Source of the DNA: Eledone cirrhosa
Lineage: Eukaryota
DNA: 64,000 nucleotides
NCBI GenBank assembly: GCA_964016885.1
Contig: OZ024741.1
Location: 313,348,001 to 313,412,000, forward strand
Direction of reading: 5' to 3'
In this document: positions 1 through 12,486 of the stretch, piece after piece
How the letters are laid out: each line of letters opens with the position of its first letter
Numbering within the stretch: the stretch's first letter is position 1
Made by a program: the position numbers and the translations under genes
The notes under the pieces: model-generated
Seen by the model: only the letters and a program-made list of their open reading frames with translations
Databases searched by the model: none
What the model was told of the DNA's origin: nothing

Positions 1-35
1 TGTATGTGTGTGTGTGTGCGTGTGCGTGTGTGTGT

Positions 36-73
<38 letters not shown>

Positions 74-298
74 CTGTGTGTGTGTGTGTTTATTTCAACG
101 TAAAAATATCGCAAATACATATCGTAGTAACTGATAAAATATGGTGTAAATTTGAAGGATTATATTTGTTGTCTCCTATGATATTGTTTGTTTCATTCAT
201 TATGTTATATGTATATATATATATTATATGTATATATATGTATGTATGTATGTGTGTGTGTAAGTGTGTATGTATGCATTTATATATGTATATTTATA

Positions 299-395
<97 letters not shown>

Positions 396-997
396 CATAT
401 ATATATACAGTATATATTATATATATGCAAAAGGTAAATAGAAATAACAAGACAATCGGTACAGTATATGGAAGGGATATATTAGGATAACGTTTAATAT
501 AGCAGGAATAGCGTCTCAGCATTTTGGACATTAGTCCTTCATTAGAAGAAAGAATGAGAAATAAAATAGAATGAGGGGACGGTTGAGTTTGAATTGGAAA
601 AATATCCTCAGATAAAAATAACAGCTTCATTTATGTTGACAGCTCTTGCATTGTGTGTGTGTATGTACGTGAGTGTGTGTTTATTTAAATGTAAGAATGT
701 CGCAATTACATATCGTGGTAACTGGTAGAATATGGTAAGATTTGGAAGGATTATATATGTTGTTTTTCTTATAATATTTTTTGTTTCTTTCATAATTCTT
801 TTTTAACATTGCATTTAACTGAACTAAAAATCCATGTATATTTTATAGAGGATCGATATAATATTCAATAAATATATGAGTGCATTTGTTTATCACAATA
901 ACAATATAATCTGAAACTTTCGTATGAAATTGTATCATTGATATCTGTATGTAATTAATGATATCTTCAACATTATCATATATATTGATTTTTTTAG

Positions 998-1132
998 AAT
1001 GCCCAGTAGGATCGTTTGGTTTTGCTTGTAAAGGGACCTGCCATTGTATCAACAATATTAACTGTGACAAGCGAAATGGAATATGTTCAGATGGATGTTC
1101 TGAAGGTTATATTGGTGTCAATTGCCAAGAAG
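998..1132 (+). CDS. EGF-like repeat exon 1 (intact) of a multi-EGF (MEGF10/Draper/SREC-type) gene
   Basis: tttttAG|AATGC...CAAGAAG|GTatat; 135 bp, phase 1-1; ECPVGSFGFACKGTCHCINNINCDKRNGICSDGCSEGYIGVNCQE, 8 Cys. Confidence 0.8.
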
Positions 1133-2119
1133 GTATATCATAAAACAGTTACCTACTTACTATACACACCCACACACACATACACACACACACACTTACA
1201 CACACACACACACACATACATACACACACATATCTATTCATATATATGTATTTATACATAAAAAAAATATATATACCGTATATGCCGATTTAAAAGTTGA
1301 TCCGCTGCATAGGTCGACACATCAAATTTTGTGGTGTAATTCACGTTGAGGCCTATATACGCTTATGAGACGACACCCCAGGTATAAGGCATTACCATCT
1401 CCCCAGCCGTAGATATGCTTGCCGTTGTTTATTTGCACAAAATATAAAATATTGAAATAAACACTAAATAGTTGTAAAATAAAAATGCATGTGAGGAAAG
1501 TACATTTTGTAAAATTTATTTTTCATTTAACAAAAAGATTTAACTGAACTGTTTTATTAGTAAACAACATGCTACCACACTGCCACTTGATATGCGCTAA
1601 TTTTAAAAACCTAAATATTCGTTATCCAATGTGTATCAGCATTACATGGCGATATATTTTTATTTCGACCTGTTTTGTTTCCTGGGGAAATTACCGGAGA
1701 TTTTCCGACAGTTTAGATAATTCAGTGAATCAGTATACCAATAACCTTATAATAATGATATTCATGATAATATTATATATATATATATATAAATATATGT
1801 ATGTGTGTGTGTGTGTGAGTGTGTGTATGTGTGTGTATGTGTGTGTGTATGTATATATGTATGTATGTATGTATTTGTGTGAGTATGTTTGTATATATGC
1901 AATTATATCTATCCAGTATATATCATATATATATTTGTGTGTTTGTGTGTGTGTGTGTGTATATGTGTGTAGGGGTGTGGGTGTGTGCGTGTCTGTGTGT
2001 GTTTATTTAAATGTGAGAATGTCGCAAATACATATCGTAGTAACTGGCAGAATATGGTAAGATCTTGGAAGGATTATATATGTTGTTTTTCTAATAATAT
2101 TGTTTGTTTCCTTCATAAT

Positions 2120-2224
2120 TGTTTCTATTTTAGGCACAAGGCCAGCAAAAAAACCAGTACATTACTGGTACTTTATTTTATCGACCCCGTAAGGATAAAA
2201 GGCAAAGTTAACCTCGGCGGCATA
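2120..2224 (-). mobile_element. 5'-truncated SINE
   Basis: Reverse complement of the 3' half of the SINEs at 17078-17469; 12-bp TSD ttccttcataat at 2108-2119 and 2225-2236. Confidence 0.8.
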
Positions 2225-2269
2225 TTCCTTCATAATGTTATGAACATTGCATTTAATTGAACTAAAAAT

Positions 2270-5200
2270 GTCAGGTATTGACAATTATTTCATTGATCAG
2301 GTGAGTCTAGAGTTCGCTAATCGCTCGAAGTTGCGTCACTAGATCTCCATGGACAATATTTACTTCAGACCAACTCCACATATTACAAAAACAATTCTCT
2401 CAAGCAAGATATATAGAGAGAAATAGTGTAAATCAAAACAATAACATCAATAATAAAATATATATGACAAATAGGTAGAGAGGTTACAGGTGTAAAAAAT
2501 AAATAGTAAAAGATAAGAAAAAGGGTACAGTAAAAAAGTAAGAAAATGGAAAAAATATAAAGAACTAAGGATAAGTTAGATCAAGTAAGTACAGAATATG
2601 ATAGTGGTGGTGGTGAGTAAATGTTCGTATAAGGATTCTGTGTTGGGTTTATTCCTAACATGAAAAGTCATATTCGAAACATACATAGATACGTGTAGAG
2701 ATACTGATGTAGTGACAGATACTAGAAAAAGCATAAATTAGAGATTAATTGGGATATACTAGTATGAGATTTAAGGGCAAAGGGTGGATGGTGAAGGGAG
2801 GTTTGACAAATGTGTGTGGTAACTGTTTTGCTGATTGTCTTGTCTTAATGGGTTTGATGCTGTTTCAGGGAGAGGGGGTGAAAGAGATGTTAAGATATTT
2901 ATGATCTAGTGACCAGTTGGTCGTTTGGCATCTAAGAGCGGAGTGATGGTGTCTATTCCATACGTTGAAATTCTGGTGGTTCAGTTCTAAATTTGGTATT
3001 GTTGGCTCGAATCATGGTGGTTTAAAGTTTGTGAAATTGGTAGCTATTTTATGCCTACAGAAAAATGATCTTTCTATTTTGCTGTTAAGCAGCATCTTAC
3101 TGTACCTTAAAATATGGTATATCTCCATATTACAAAGTCTGCAGTGGGACATCCCATTGGTCGTAAGCCCTTGTTTTCGATAATTTGACCAGCTAATCCT
3201 ATATTCCTAGTTTGTGTTTTTAAGCTGCCAGATTTTATTGGCGAGCGATATAGAATACTCCAGTCTACGGTTCTTCATGGAGTGTCTGTGGACGTACCAC
3301 CTTTTTTTAACTCCCCAGTCGTGAAATCTCTGTCGTGCCAAGTAGAATTGCCTGAATTTACAGTAAACAGGTACACCATACACGAATCCACCATTCTATT
3401 TTGCAGTGTGCACTTATCAGATAGGTGGCAATTACAGTTGGAGGCTTTCCTGTGTGCCGGTTCTCCGTTGCGGTTTTGTATGTTATTGTAGATGGGTTGA
3501 TATTTAGGACTATTAGTGTTTTGTTGTGATGCGCCCTGATGTGTTTGTGATTGCGATGTTATGTGTTTGCGTTTTGTGTTTAGTGCTATGATGTATATTG
3601 GTAGGTTATTTTCTTTAGAGATGTGTTTGTGGTTGATTTTATGTATGTGTGATTCTATATTGGCTGCAGTAGAGTAATATTGTTTGATAGTTCTTCTATT
3701 AAAGATTCTATGGTATTTGAGGAGTTTAACAAAATGTTTGTCTATTAGCTTAAATAATGTAGAAGGTAGTTTGGATGTTATAGAGGAGTTGAATATTGGA
3801 TTGAACCATAGGTATTTTCTATCTCTGAATTTTCTATAGTTCTTAGCGGTCCTTATATTAGTGTTCGGTTCAGTTAAATTTGGTACTCCTTTTCTAATTA
3901 TATGCTTAGTTATATGCTTGTTATTTTTATAGGTGTGGGTTGTGTAGTTGTCGTTAGGTTTGTTGCTGCTGTCCCTATATGGTATGTATTCCAAACCCTC
4001 TTTACATCCTGCCTTATGTAAAGCTATGTTATAATTGTTTGCGTGTTCGTTAAAAATCTCTAGGTTAGAAGATAGGCGGGATATTCTGATGGATATACTA
4101 TGTGCTATGGAGTTAATTATGGATCGGGCGTGGTTTGAGTTATAACTAATGTAGGCTAGATTCTCGTTAATTTTATGGAAGGGATCTGTTAATCCTGTGA
4201 TTACTTTGAGTGTTACATCTAAGAAGTTTGATTTTTTAGAATTAAGTTCGAAAGTGATACCTAGGCCTAGTTTGTTGAAGAAGACTCTGCTGATTTTTCG
4301 TAATTTTTCCATGTGTTGATTATTTAAATTTTTGGCTTAAAGTAATCTGTCGTCTTTATAAATTCATCGCTCGAGGTTATTGAATCCCTTATGTAAATTG
4401 TGCGCTATCTATATTCCCACGAATTCCGTTACCTGTGCCGAGTCGTTAGATCCCCTTGTGATATTGAAGCTATTCTGTCTGTTCTTTCGTTCCCACTAAC
4501 TATTTTCGAATCTAATGATACTTCTCCTAGCAGCTTTGTTATTTTAATTTCGTTGGAGGTAAGGTCTGAATTTTTCTGGGCAGTGGTTAGTGCTTTATCT
4601 AGGGTGACTGGGGATATGGATGAGTAGTAGTTATTAATGTCGAGCTGTACCCAGTTGGATGTTTCTCAGCTGCCTATTTTGCTGAACCAGTCTATTGCTT
4701 CGTTAGTGTTACCCCATACCTTAATTACTAGTTCGTCCTTGATTTGTGCGATTACACTATCTAGTATATAATTGGCAATTCTACCTATATACGAGTTCGA
4801 TGGACATATTAATCTAATTGCGGGGTCTATTTCGAAATTATATTTGTCATCCTTTAGGTTAAATGTGGCGTTACATGGTGTTAGAGCGTTGGTTCTATCA
4901 TATATTTTCAGTTTTTTAGAATGCTAAGTCCTTCTTTATTAATGCTAGTGAGTGCAGATTCTGTTGTTTGTTTGTATTTGTTGTGCAGTTCACGACGTAT
5001 ACAATTATTGTATGTATTAAGGCTCATGGTGTATATGCTTCATGTTTTGTCCGCTTTTACTATAATACCGTTGGTGTTGCGTATTTTTATTTGTAGTGCA
5101 TTGATGTCGTTTTGCAATTTGTTGTGATGTGACCGTCCTTATAAATTGGTTCCACTTATCATGTTCATGAGGTCGAATCCTAAGGCATCGAGCTGGTGGT

Positions 5201-6090
5201 TATTCGGGGGATATGAATCCGTATTTTTTCCTAGTGAATTCCTCCTTGATATTAGCATGTCGTTTATCGTAATGATAGGCCTTCCATCGGATTCGAAGGA
5301 TGAAGTCATTGCTCCTTGTTTATATGTCTAGGTATGTTTTTCAATGACATACCTATGTGGTGCTTTTCCATTTTAGTGCCGTGCGTTAAGGTTGTTGCTC
5401 AACCTAGTGGGAGCTGGGTATATAGGGTAACAAGTTATCGTTATATATAATCCAGTTAGAGGTTGTGAGTACACTGCGTCATGGATAGTTTTAACGTAGT
5501 GCTTTGTTTAACTCAACAAGATGTCTCCATAGTTAGGCAAGGAGTCCGCGGTAATTCCTATGTAGATTATACTTGGAGTAATAATAGGGAAAGAATGAAG
5601 AGTAACATGGTTGGCTCTACATCAAGGGCTTTTTATGTTTCGAATATGACATTTTCATGTTAGCAATAAACCCAACAAAATCCTTATACGAACACTTACT
5701 CACCACCACCAATATCATACTCTGTACTTACATGGTCTCACTTATTCTTATTACTTTATATTTTTCCATTTTCTTACTTTTTTACTGTATCTTTTTCTCA
5801 TCTTTTACTTTTTACTTTTTACATCTGTAACCTCTCTACCTATTTATCATATATATTTTATTATTGATGTTATTGTTTTGATTATACGCTATTTCTCTCT
5901 ATATATCTTGCCTTGAGAGATTTGTTTTTGTATTATGGGGAGTTGGTCAGAGGTAAATAATGTAATGGAGATCGAGTGACGCAGCTTCGATCGATTATCG
6001 ACCTCTAGACTAACCTGATCAATTAAACAATGTCAATGACAGAAATAAGGCCAGTTTTACAACCAACCATGTAACTCTTCATCCTTTCAC
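2270..6090 (-). mobile_element. Decayed Naiad-like Penelope-like element (PLE-A) with inverted 5' pLTR
   Basis: Minus-strand RT remnants from ~5350 (MSLKNIP) through ORF 3275..4312 (NFLDVTL, SNH, WFNP, CNCx5C, degenerate GIY-YIG); ~2275-2685 is inverted relative to ~5635-6040; abuts (TA)n. Confidence 0.85.
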
Positions 6091-6113
6091 TATATATATA
6101 TATATATATATAA

Positions 6114-6195
<82 letters not shown>

Positions 6196-6602
6196 TTATA
6201 TATGTACCGTGTATGCCGGTGTAAAATTTGGTCCGCTGCATATGTCGACCCATTAAATATTGTGGTGTAAGTTATGTTGAGGCCAATATACACCGGTTGA
6301 TATGACACCCCAGGTATAAGGCATTACCATCTGCCCAGCCGTAGATATGCTAGCCGTTAACAAAATGATTTAACTGAACATGCTACCACACCGTGACTTC
6401 ACATGCGGAATTAAAAAAAAAACTAAATATTCCTTATCCAGTGTGTATCCTTATTACGTGGCGATATGATTTTACTTTCGACATGTTTTGTTTCGTGGGG
6501 GAATTACCGGAGATATTCCGATAGTTCAGATAATTCAGTGAATCAGTATAACATTCATATTATAACTATGCTATCCATGATAATATGATAGGTATATATG
6601 TG

Positions 6603-6802
6603 TGAGATCTTTCTGCACTTGTCGTCACATGGTATCACGGGCCCCGCACTATGTGTCAATAATTGTCACAAGTGTAGAGTTTGTACCAGAGTTTTCAAGT
6701 TGCTGGCTGGACTAAAATATCACACTCGTTCAGCGTATCGGTAGGGGTTCTCCTACATGGATATAAAGCAGTGGCCGTACTCGAAGACGAGTTGGCAGCA
6801 AC
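6603..6802 (-). mobile_element. Fragment of the unclassified short element at 14303-14912
   Basis: Reverse complement of ~14303-14500. Confidence 0.7.
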
Positions 6803-7151
6803 TATGTATGTATGTATTTATATATGTATGTGTGTGTGTATGTGTGTATGTATGCATTTTTATATATATACAGTATATTATATATATATTGAAGTATATG
6901 GTAATATTTGGAAGGTTTATATATGATATTTTTCTTATAATATTGTTTGTAACTTTCATAATGTTATTAACATTGCATTTAATTGAACTAAAAATCATAG
7001 TATTTTTTATAAAGGATCGATATAATATTCAATAAATCTACAACTTCATTTGTTTGGCACTTTAATCTTGAATTTAATATAAAATTGTATCATTGATATA
7101 TTATGTAATTAATGATATCTTCAACATTATAATATATATTGATAATTTTAG

Positions 7152-7217
7152 AATGCCGAGCAGAAAAACTTTGGTGTTGCTTGTAATGGGACCCGTCATT
7201 GTATCAACAATATGAAC
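7152..7217 (+). pseudogene. Truncated, frameshifted EGF exon relic (exon 2)
   Basis: Same acceptor context; +1 frameshift after CRAE; TGC>CGT; sequence switches to the RTE fragment after INNMN, so no donor. Confidence 0.75.
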
Positions 7218-8200
7218 AAGCCATAACAGAGGAGTTTAAGACTAGACGCCCATTGGAACGTCTCTTTGCTGATGATCTGGTTCTTATAGCAGATTCAGTA
7301 GAGGAGCTAGAGAATAGAATATGGCTATGGAAACAGCAGTTGGAATCAAGAGGCTTGAGAGTGAACAAAGCTAAAACAAAAGTGTTGATCAGCAGAAGAG
7401 AGGACAATGCTCTGATTCTATCAGGGAATTGGCCATGTTAGATATATAGGAAAGGAACTGGCATAAATTACATAGAATGTACGCAGTTCCGATCTTGGAG
7501 ACACAAGAGATGTAGTGGGTTAGCAGCAAACTAACAGGTAGGGAAAACTACGTATGCAATAGAGGTACAGAGAAAGTTGGCAGTAGTACTTGCTGTGATA
7601 GACTCATGTTTCCAATGCAGGTGGGTTCTATAGAAGTAGTTGATAGCTTTCGGTACCTAGTTGATCAGATAAGCATAGGAAGAGGGTGTTCCACGTCCAT
7701 ACTATCTAGAATAAGGACTGGTTGGAAGAAGTTTATGGAGCTTCTTCCTCTGTTGACAAAGAAGCGTTTCTCCCTGCGTACAGAAGACGGTTATATTATA
7801 CCTGTGTGAGATGAGAGGTTGCTGCATGGTAGTTAGAAATGGACAGCAACTGCTGAAGTTATGCGGCGGCTGGAGAGAAATGTTAATGTGCGTGAACGAT
7901 CAAGCATAGACGAGTTGAGAAGGAAACTGGATATAAGAAGGATAAGTTGTAGTGTGCAGGAGAGAAGGCTGAGATGGTATGGACATATGACGTGCATGGG
8001 GGTTGAATGCTGGGTGAAGAAGTGCCAGGAAGTGCAAGAGGCGGGGAGAAGCAGTATAGGTAGACCAGAGAAACATGGGCGGAGCTGGTGAAACTCACCG
8101 AGGAGATGACAAAGGACCGTGACAAGTGTGGAGATGCTGTTCTGAATAGGACCCGTCAAACCATTGCACGCTGGGAAAAGCGGGCGGAAAAATGATAATG
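7217..8200 (+). mobile_element. RTE-clade LINE 3' fragment
   Basis: AITEEFKT..LFADDLVLIAD, LRVNKAKTK, RRLRWYGH; many stops and frameshifts. Confidence 0.85.
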
Positions 8201-8610
8201 AATAAAAATGAATGTGAAGAAAGTACAATTTGCCAAATATACTTTTCAGTTAACAAAATGATTTAACTGAACAGTTTTATTGGTAAGCAACTTGCTACCA
8301 CACCACCACTTGATAAGCCGTAAATTTAAAAACCTAAATATTCCTTATCCAGTGTGTATCATTATTACGTGGCGATATGATTTTACTTTCGACCTGTTTT
8401 GTTTCGTGGGGAAATTACCGGAGATTTTGCGATAGTTTAGATAATTCAGTGAAACAATATACCATTCATATTATAAATATGATATTCATGATAATGTTAT
8501 AGATATAAATTTGTGTATATATGTATGTACGTATTTATGTATGTATGTGTGTGTGTATGTGTGTATGTATGCATTTATATATATACAGTATATTATATAT
8601 ATATATATAT

Positions 8611-10816
8611 AAATATACGTCACTATGGATTTATTCGAACTGGATTAGACCCTGAAGAACATTCCAACTCCCTCCAACCATGTTTACCAAAAGCTCCTAC
8701 CATAAAAAGCGGAAGATATCGTCAGACGCTTAAGATGCCGAGCCCTAGCTTTTGACGGCAAAATTACAGGCACCAGCAACACCTTCAACCTAAAAGCGAG
8801 ACCTTACCCTCCTAAGGTGACTGAACTTCTCCTTTCGACGCGGACCTTCTTGACTTAGTAGCTAACATTTCCTTTCACAAACACACTAACACCTTTCAAA
8901 CGAAACTCAGAAATGATATTAAGAAATTTAGATCTTCGTATAACACCGTTCTTTCTGACAAAACTAATAATATTAACGAAGTCGACACCACCACTTTGCG
9001 CCACCTGGCCCATAACGCTATTACTTCTAAATATAAGGAAGCTAACTCTATGGCCTACCAAGGCAAAGAACTTGCCGCCAACCTAAAGGTAGATAAGAAG
9101 CTACAATCTCTAGCTAAGCGGGAGGCGTTCCTCATCCTGAAAGATCACAAGGTAGCTTTTACTTCTAACCCCACATGTAGACTAATATACCCGGCACGCA
9201 CATATATGGGACTAGTCAGTAAGGCCACACTTAGAAACATAGTTAAGACCATTAGGACCAAGTCCAACCTCTCAGTGGGAGAACAGCGACTTAGTAATTA
9301 AGTGGTTTATCTCCTTAAAATCCAAAAATGCGAAGTTCACGCAGTTTGATATTGTCGATGTTTACCCGTCGATCTCAGAGACCCTGTTAAACAAAGTGCT
9401 GGACTTCGCTACTACTTATACCACCGTAGATGGTTTAGAGAAGGAAATCATCGCTCACTGCCGGAACACTGTCCTATTCAACGACGGGGTAGCCTGGGCA
9501 AAGAAGTCTATAACTTCAGACCTTTTCGTCGTCTCCATGGGATCTTTTGACAGTTTTGACTTATGTGACTTGGTTGGCCTATATATCTTAGACATATTAC
9601 GTGTTAGATTCCCGGACTTCCACACGGGCATATACCGCGACGATGGACTGATTTTATCGATCCAAAAAAGTCGTCACGACTTCGACCGGTTTAAAGAAGA
9701 CTTAGCTTCTACCTTCAATGAGTTAAGACTTAGAATAACAGTAGCCACAACCTCTCTAACGTAGATTTCTTAGACATGAATTTAGACCTTGGCACACACA
9801 CCCACATACCCTTTATTAAACTAAACAAGAAACTCAATTACATTCACAAGGACAAATGCCACCCTCCCCCTTCGTTAAGAATATCAGTACTAGAATCTCA
9901 ACCTCTCCTCTAATAAGGCTACTATAACACCCTACTATAACACGGCGTTGGCTAACAGCGGCTTCTCACAACCTATCACCTACTCTCCCACTAGCAACAA
10001 CACCATTAAGAAAAGTAAGCGCATCAAAAGACAAACTATCTGGTTCTCTCCTCCCTTCTCACTCAACGTTAACACCAATGTAGGAAACAAATGTCTAGCC
10101 CTCTTAGATAGACACTTTCCCATTGTTCATAAATACCGCTCCATCTTTAACCGACACAAAATTAAACTAGGATACTCCTGCACTAACAATATGAAGGCCC
10201 ACGTCACCTGTAGCCCTATGAACAACACCCCATCAGGGCGCTCTTACCGTAAACCAGAAGTTTGCCCCCTTCAACAGCAATGCAACACACCAGCTGTAAT
10301 TTATGAAGCTGTGGTCACTTCCAACCAACCAAACGAACAACAGTATGTCAAATCCTATGTGGGCATGACGGAGGGCCGATTTAAGGAACGTTTCCTGTAC
10401 CATCAAGTGTAGACTACTCCATCCAATGGAAAGCCATCACTAAGTCCAATCGATACGCAAGTGGAAATCCGACGTGTGGCTTATGTATTGACGAACGAAT
10501 AACTATTGAAAAGAGATTACGCAATAGTGATTGCTCAACACTAAAAATTAATTTTTCACACGTTGTCCACACGTCGCCAAACACCTAATGCATAACTACA
10601 AAGCTCCGGACTGATTCCTTGTAATTTTATTTTCAACTGAAAATTTTCAAACTTTCACATTCTAGTATTGCCTGTGTGAGTTGACCGGGTTTCTGCGCAT
10701 GCGCGTTCGTACGGTTGTTTTTCCTGTTCCTATAACCATGCCTATTACGAGCTGAGGATCCGCTAAGGTGAAACATTTTTTCTCGGTATGGTGAACTAAC
10801 TGTTATGTAACCACTT
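8611..10816 (+). mobile_element. Naiad-like PLE-B, older diverged copy
   Basis: RT (QFDI, MGSFD, GIYRDD), WFSPPFS, GIY-YIG (VIY..YVG); internal deletion in EN; pLTR hammerhead 10735-10792 with mutated stem III. Confidence 0.9.
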
Positions 10817-11040
10817 CTATATATATCTATCTATATATATGCGTGTGTGTGTGTGTGTCTGTTTTTATTTACATGTAAGAATGTCGCAAACACATATCGT
10901 AGCAACTGGTAGAATATGATAATATTTGGAACGATTTTATATCATTTTTTCTTATAATACTGTTTATTTCTTTCATAATATTTTTAACATTGCATTTAAC
11001 TAAAAAGCCATGTATGTTTTTAGAGAATCGTTATAGAGAA

Positions 11041-11680
11041 TCTCTATATATATAAAACTTAGGATGTCTGTCTGTGTGTCTGTGTGTCTGTGAGTTTGAA
11101 TCCCTAAAACTCGAGATGTACCGAACCGATTTTTTCAAAGTTTACATCTGTATTACGTATGTTTCAGGGAATGTTATGCACATACAATTCAACTTTGGTG
11201 ATCCTTAATACCCGCATTAGGTGAAAAAGTGCGTTTTATTTCAGATTTTAGGGTTGTTTTGAGGCGTTACGTCAGACCGATTTTGTTGAAATTGTAACTA
11301 TGTATTAGTCAGTCTCTTCTTCATACCGGGAGCATAGAAAATCCAACTTTTCTATTGCCTAGGGTCCGCATTAGGGGAGACATTTTAGCTTTTTAGGGCC
11401 TTTTCGAGGCGTTACGTCTAGCCGAAATTTCCGAAACTTCAAGGCATATTATGCACATAAAAACAATTCATTTTCTTGATTCTCTAGGGCCCACATTAGG
11501 TGAAAACCTGTATTTTTCCGGCTTCATCGAGGAAAATCTTAATGATTATCCAGCCATCAGAGTATTCGGTTTATTTTCTTTACATATTGTCCACGCATGC
11601 AGTTTTTTCTACGATTAAATCTGTTGGCGGCCCGCGTTCCAAAATAACTTTTCCCGTGCAACGCCGGGTAACACTGCTAG
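11041..11680 (+). mobile_element. Non-autonomous Helitron
   Basis: 5' TC, 3' hairpin cccgtgcaacgccggg then CTAG; sits between A and T of the repeated intron site (a|tattcaataa); no TSD; internal repeats of gcattagg. Confidence 0.85.
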
Positions 11681-11815
11681 TATTCAATAAATATGCACGT
11701 TCAATTATTTATCACAAGACCACTTTAATCGTAAAATTTTGTATAAAATTGTATCATTGATATCTAGATGTAATTAATGATATATGCAACGTTATCACAT
11801 ATAGTGTATATTTAG

Positions 11816-11950
11816 AATGCCGAGCAGGAACGTTAGGTGTTGCTTGTAATGGGACATGCCATTGTATCAACAGCATAAACTGTGACAAGCGAAATGAAAC
11901 AAGTTCAGATGGTTGTTCTGCAGGTTATACTGTTGTCAATTCCCAAGAAG
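11816..11950 (+). pseudogene. EGF pseudo-exon 3
   Basis: 135 bp, ECRAGTLGVACNGTCHCINSINCDKRNETSSDGCSAGYTVVNSQE; two Cys lost; donor GT>AT. Confidence 0.75.
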
Positions 11951-12067
11951 ATATCCCATAAAATTGTTACTACTTACTGCACACACAGACACGCACACAC
12001 AACCACATACTCCCCCACACACAAATACACACACACACACACACACATACACATATATATAAATATG

Positions 12068-12168
<101 letters not shown>

Positions 12169-12351
12169 ATCTACCAAATATACGGTAGTGTCCACTCCGT
12201 ATGAAGAACTCAATGTAATCCAAATATCATAAAAAGAGAAGATGTATTCAAAAATCTTTTCGATGATAATCACAAGAAAAACAGAGTGAAGATAAATTAA
12301 TAAAATCAATGAATTAAAACAAAGAAATAGTTCCTTATATTATAAAATTCC

Positions 12352-12486
12352 TCATTTTACGATCGTTTCTAGTATATATATGTGTGTGTTGGTATGTATC
12401 ACATATAGATCTATGTAAACATTTTACAAACTATCAGAGGAAATATACATACCTACACATATATATGCTGTCTTCAGAAATAATGA
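12352..12486 (-). ncRNA. Type I hammerhead ribozyme with long stem II (PLE-D inverted pLTR)
   Basis: Minus strand: tcattattt CTGAAGA [~100-nt stem II: atatatatgtgt..acacatatatat] GAAA CGATCG TA aaatga. Confidence 0.7.

Noticed and set aside
4-630. ORFs rich in VC, YI, HT or ER dipeptides (here and throughout)
   Set aside because: Translations of (TG)n, (TA)n, (CA)n and (GA)n microsatellites.
958-1143. [13 protein letters not shown] leader looks like a signal peptide, suggesting single-exon secreted Cys-rich peptides (also 23259, 33199, 38459, 43846)
   Set aside because: The leader is the polypyrimidine tract and AG acceptor; the ATG is lost in some copies, frames run on into microsatellite, and the 135-bp AG..GT phase 1-1 structure explains the pattern better. 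RNA-seq would settle it.
11210-11505. TTAGG telomere-like motifs
   Set aside because: Isolated, part of the internal repeats of the small Helitron.
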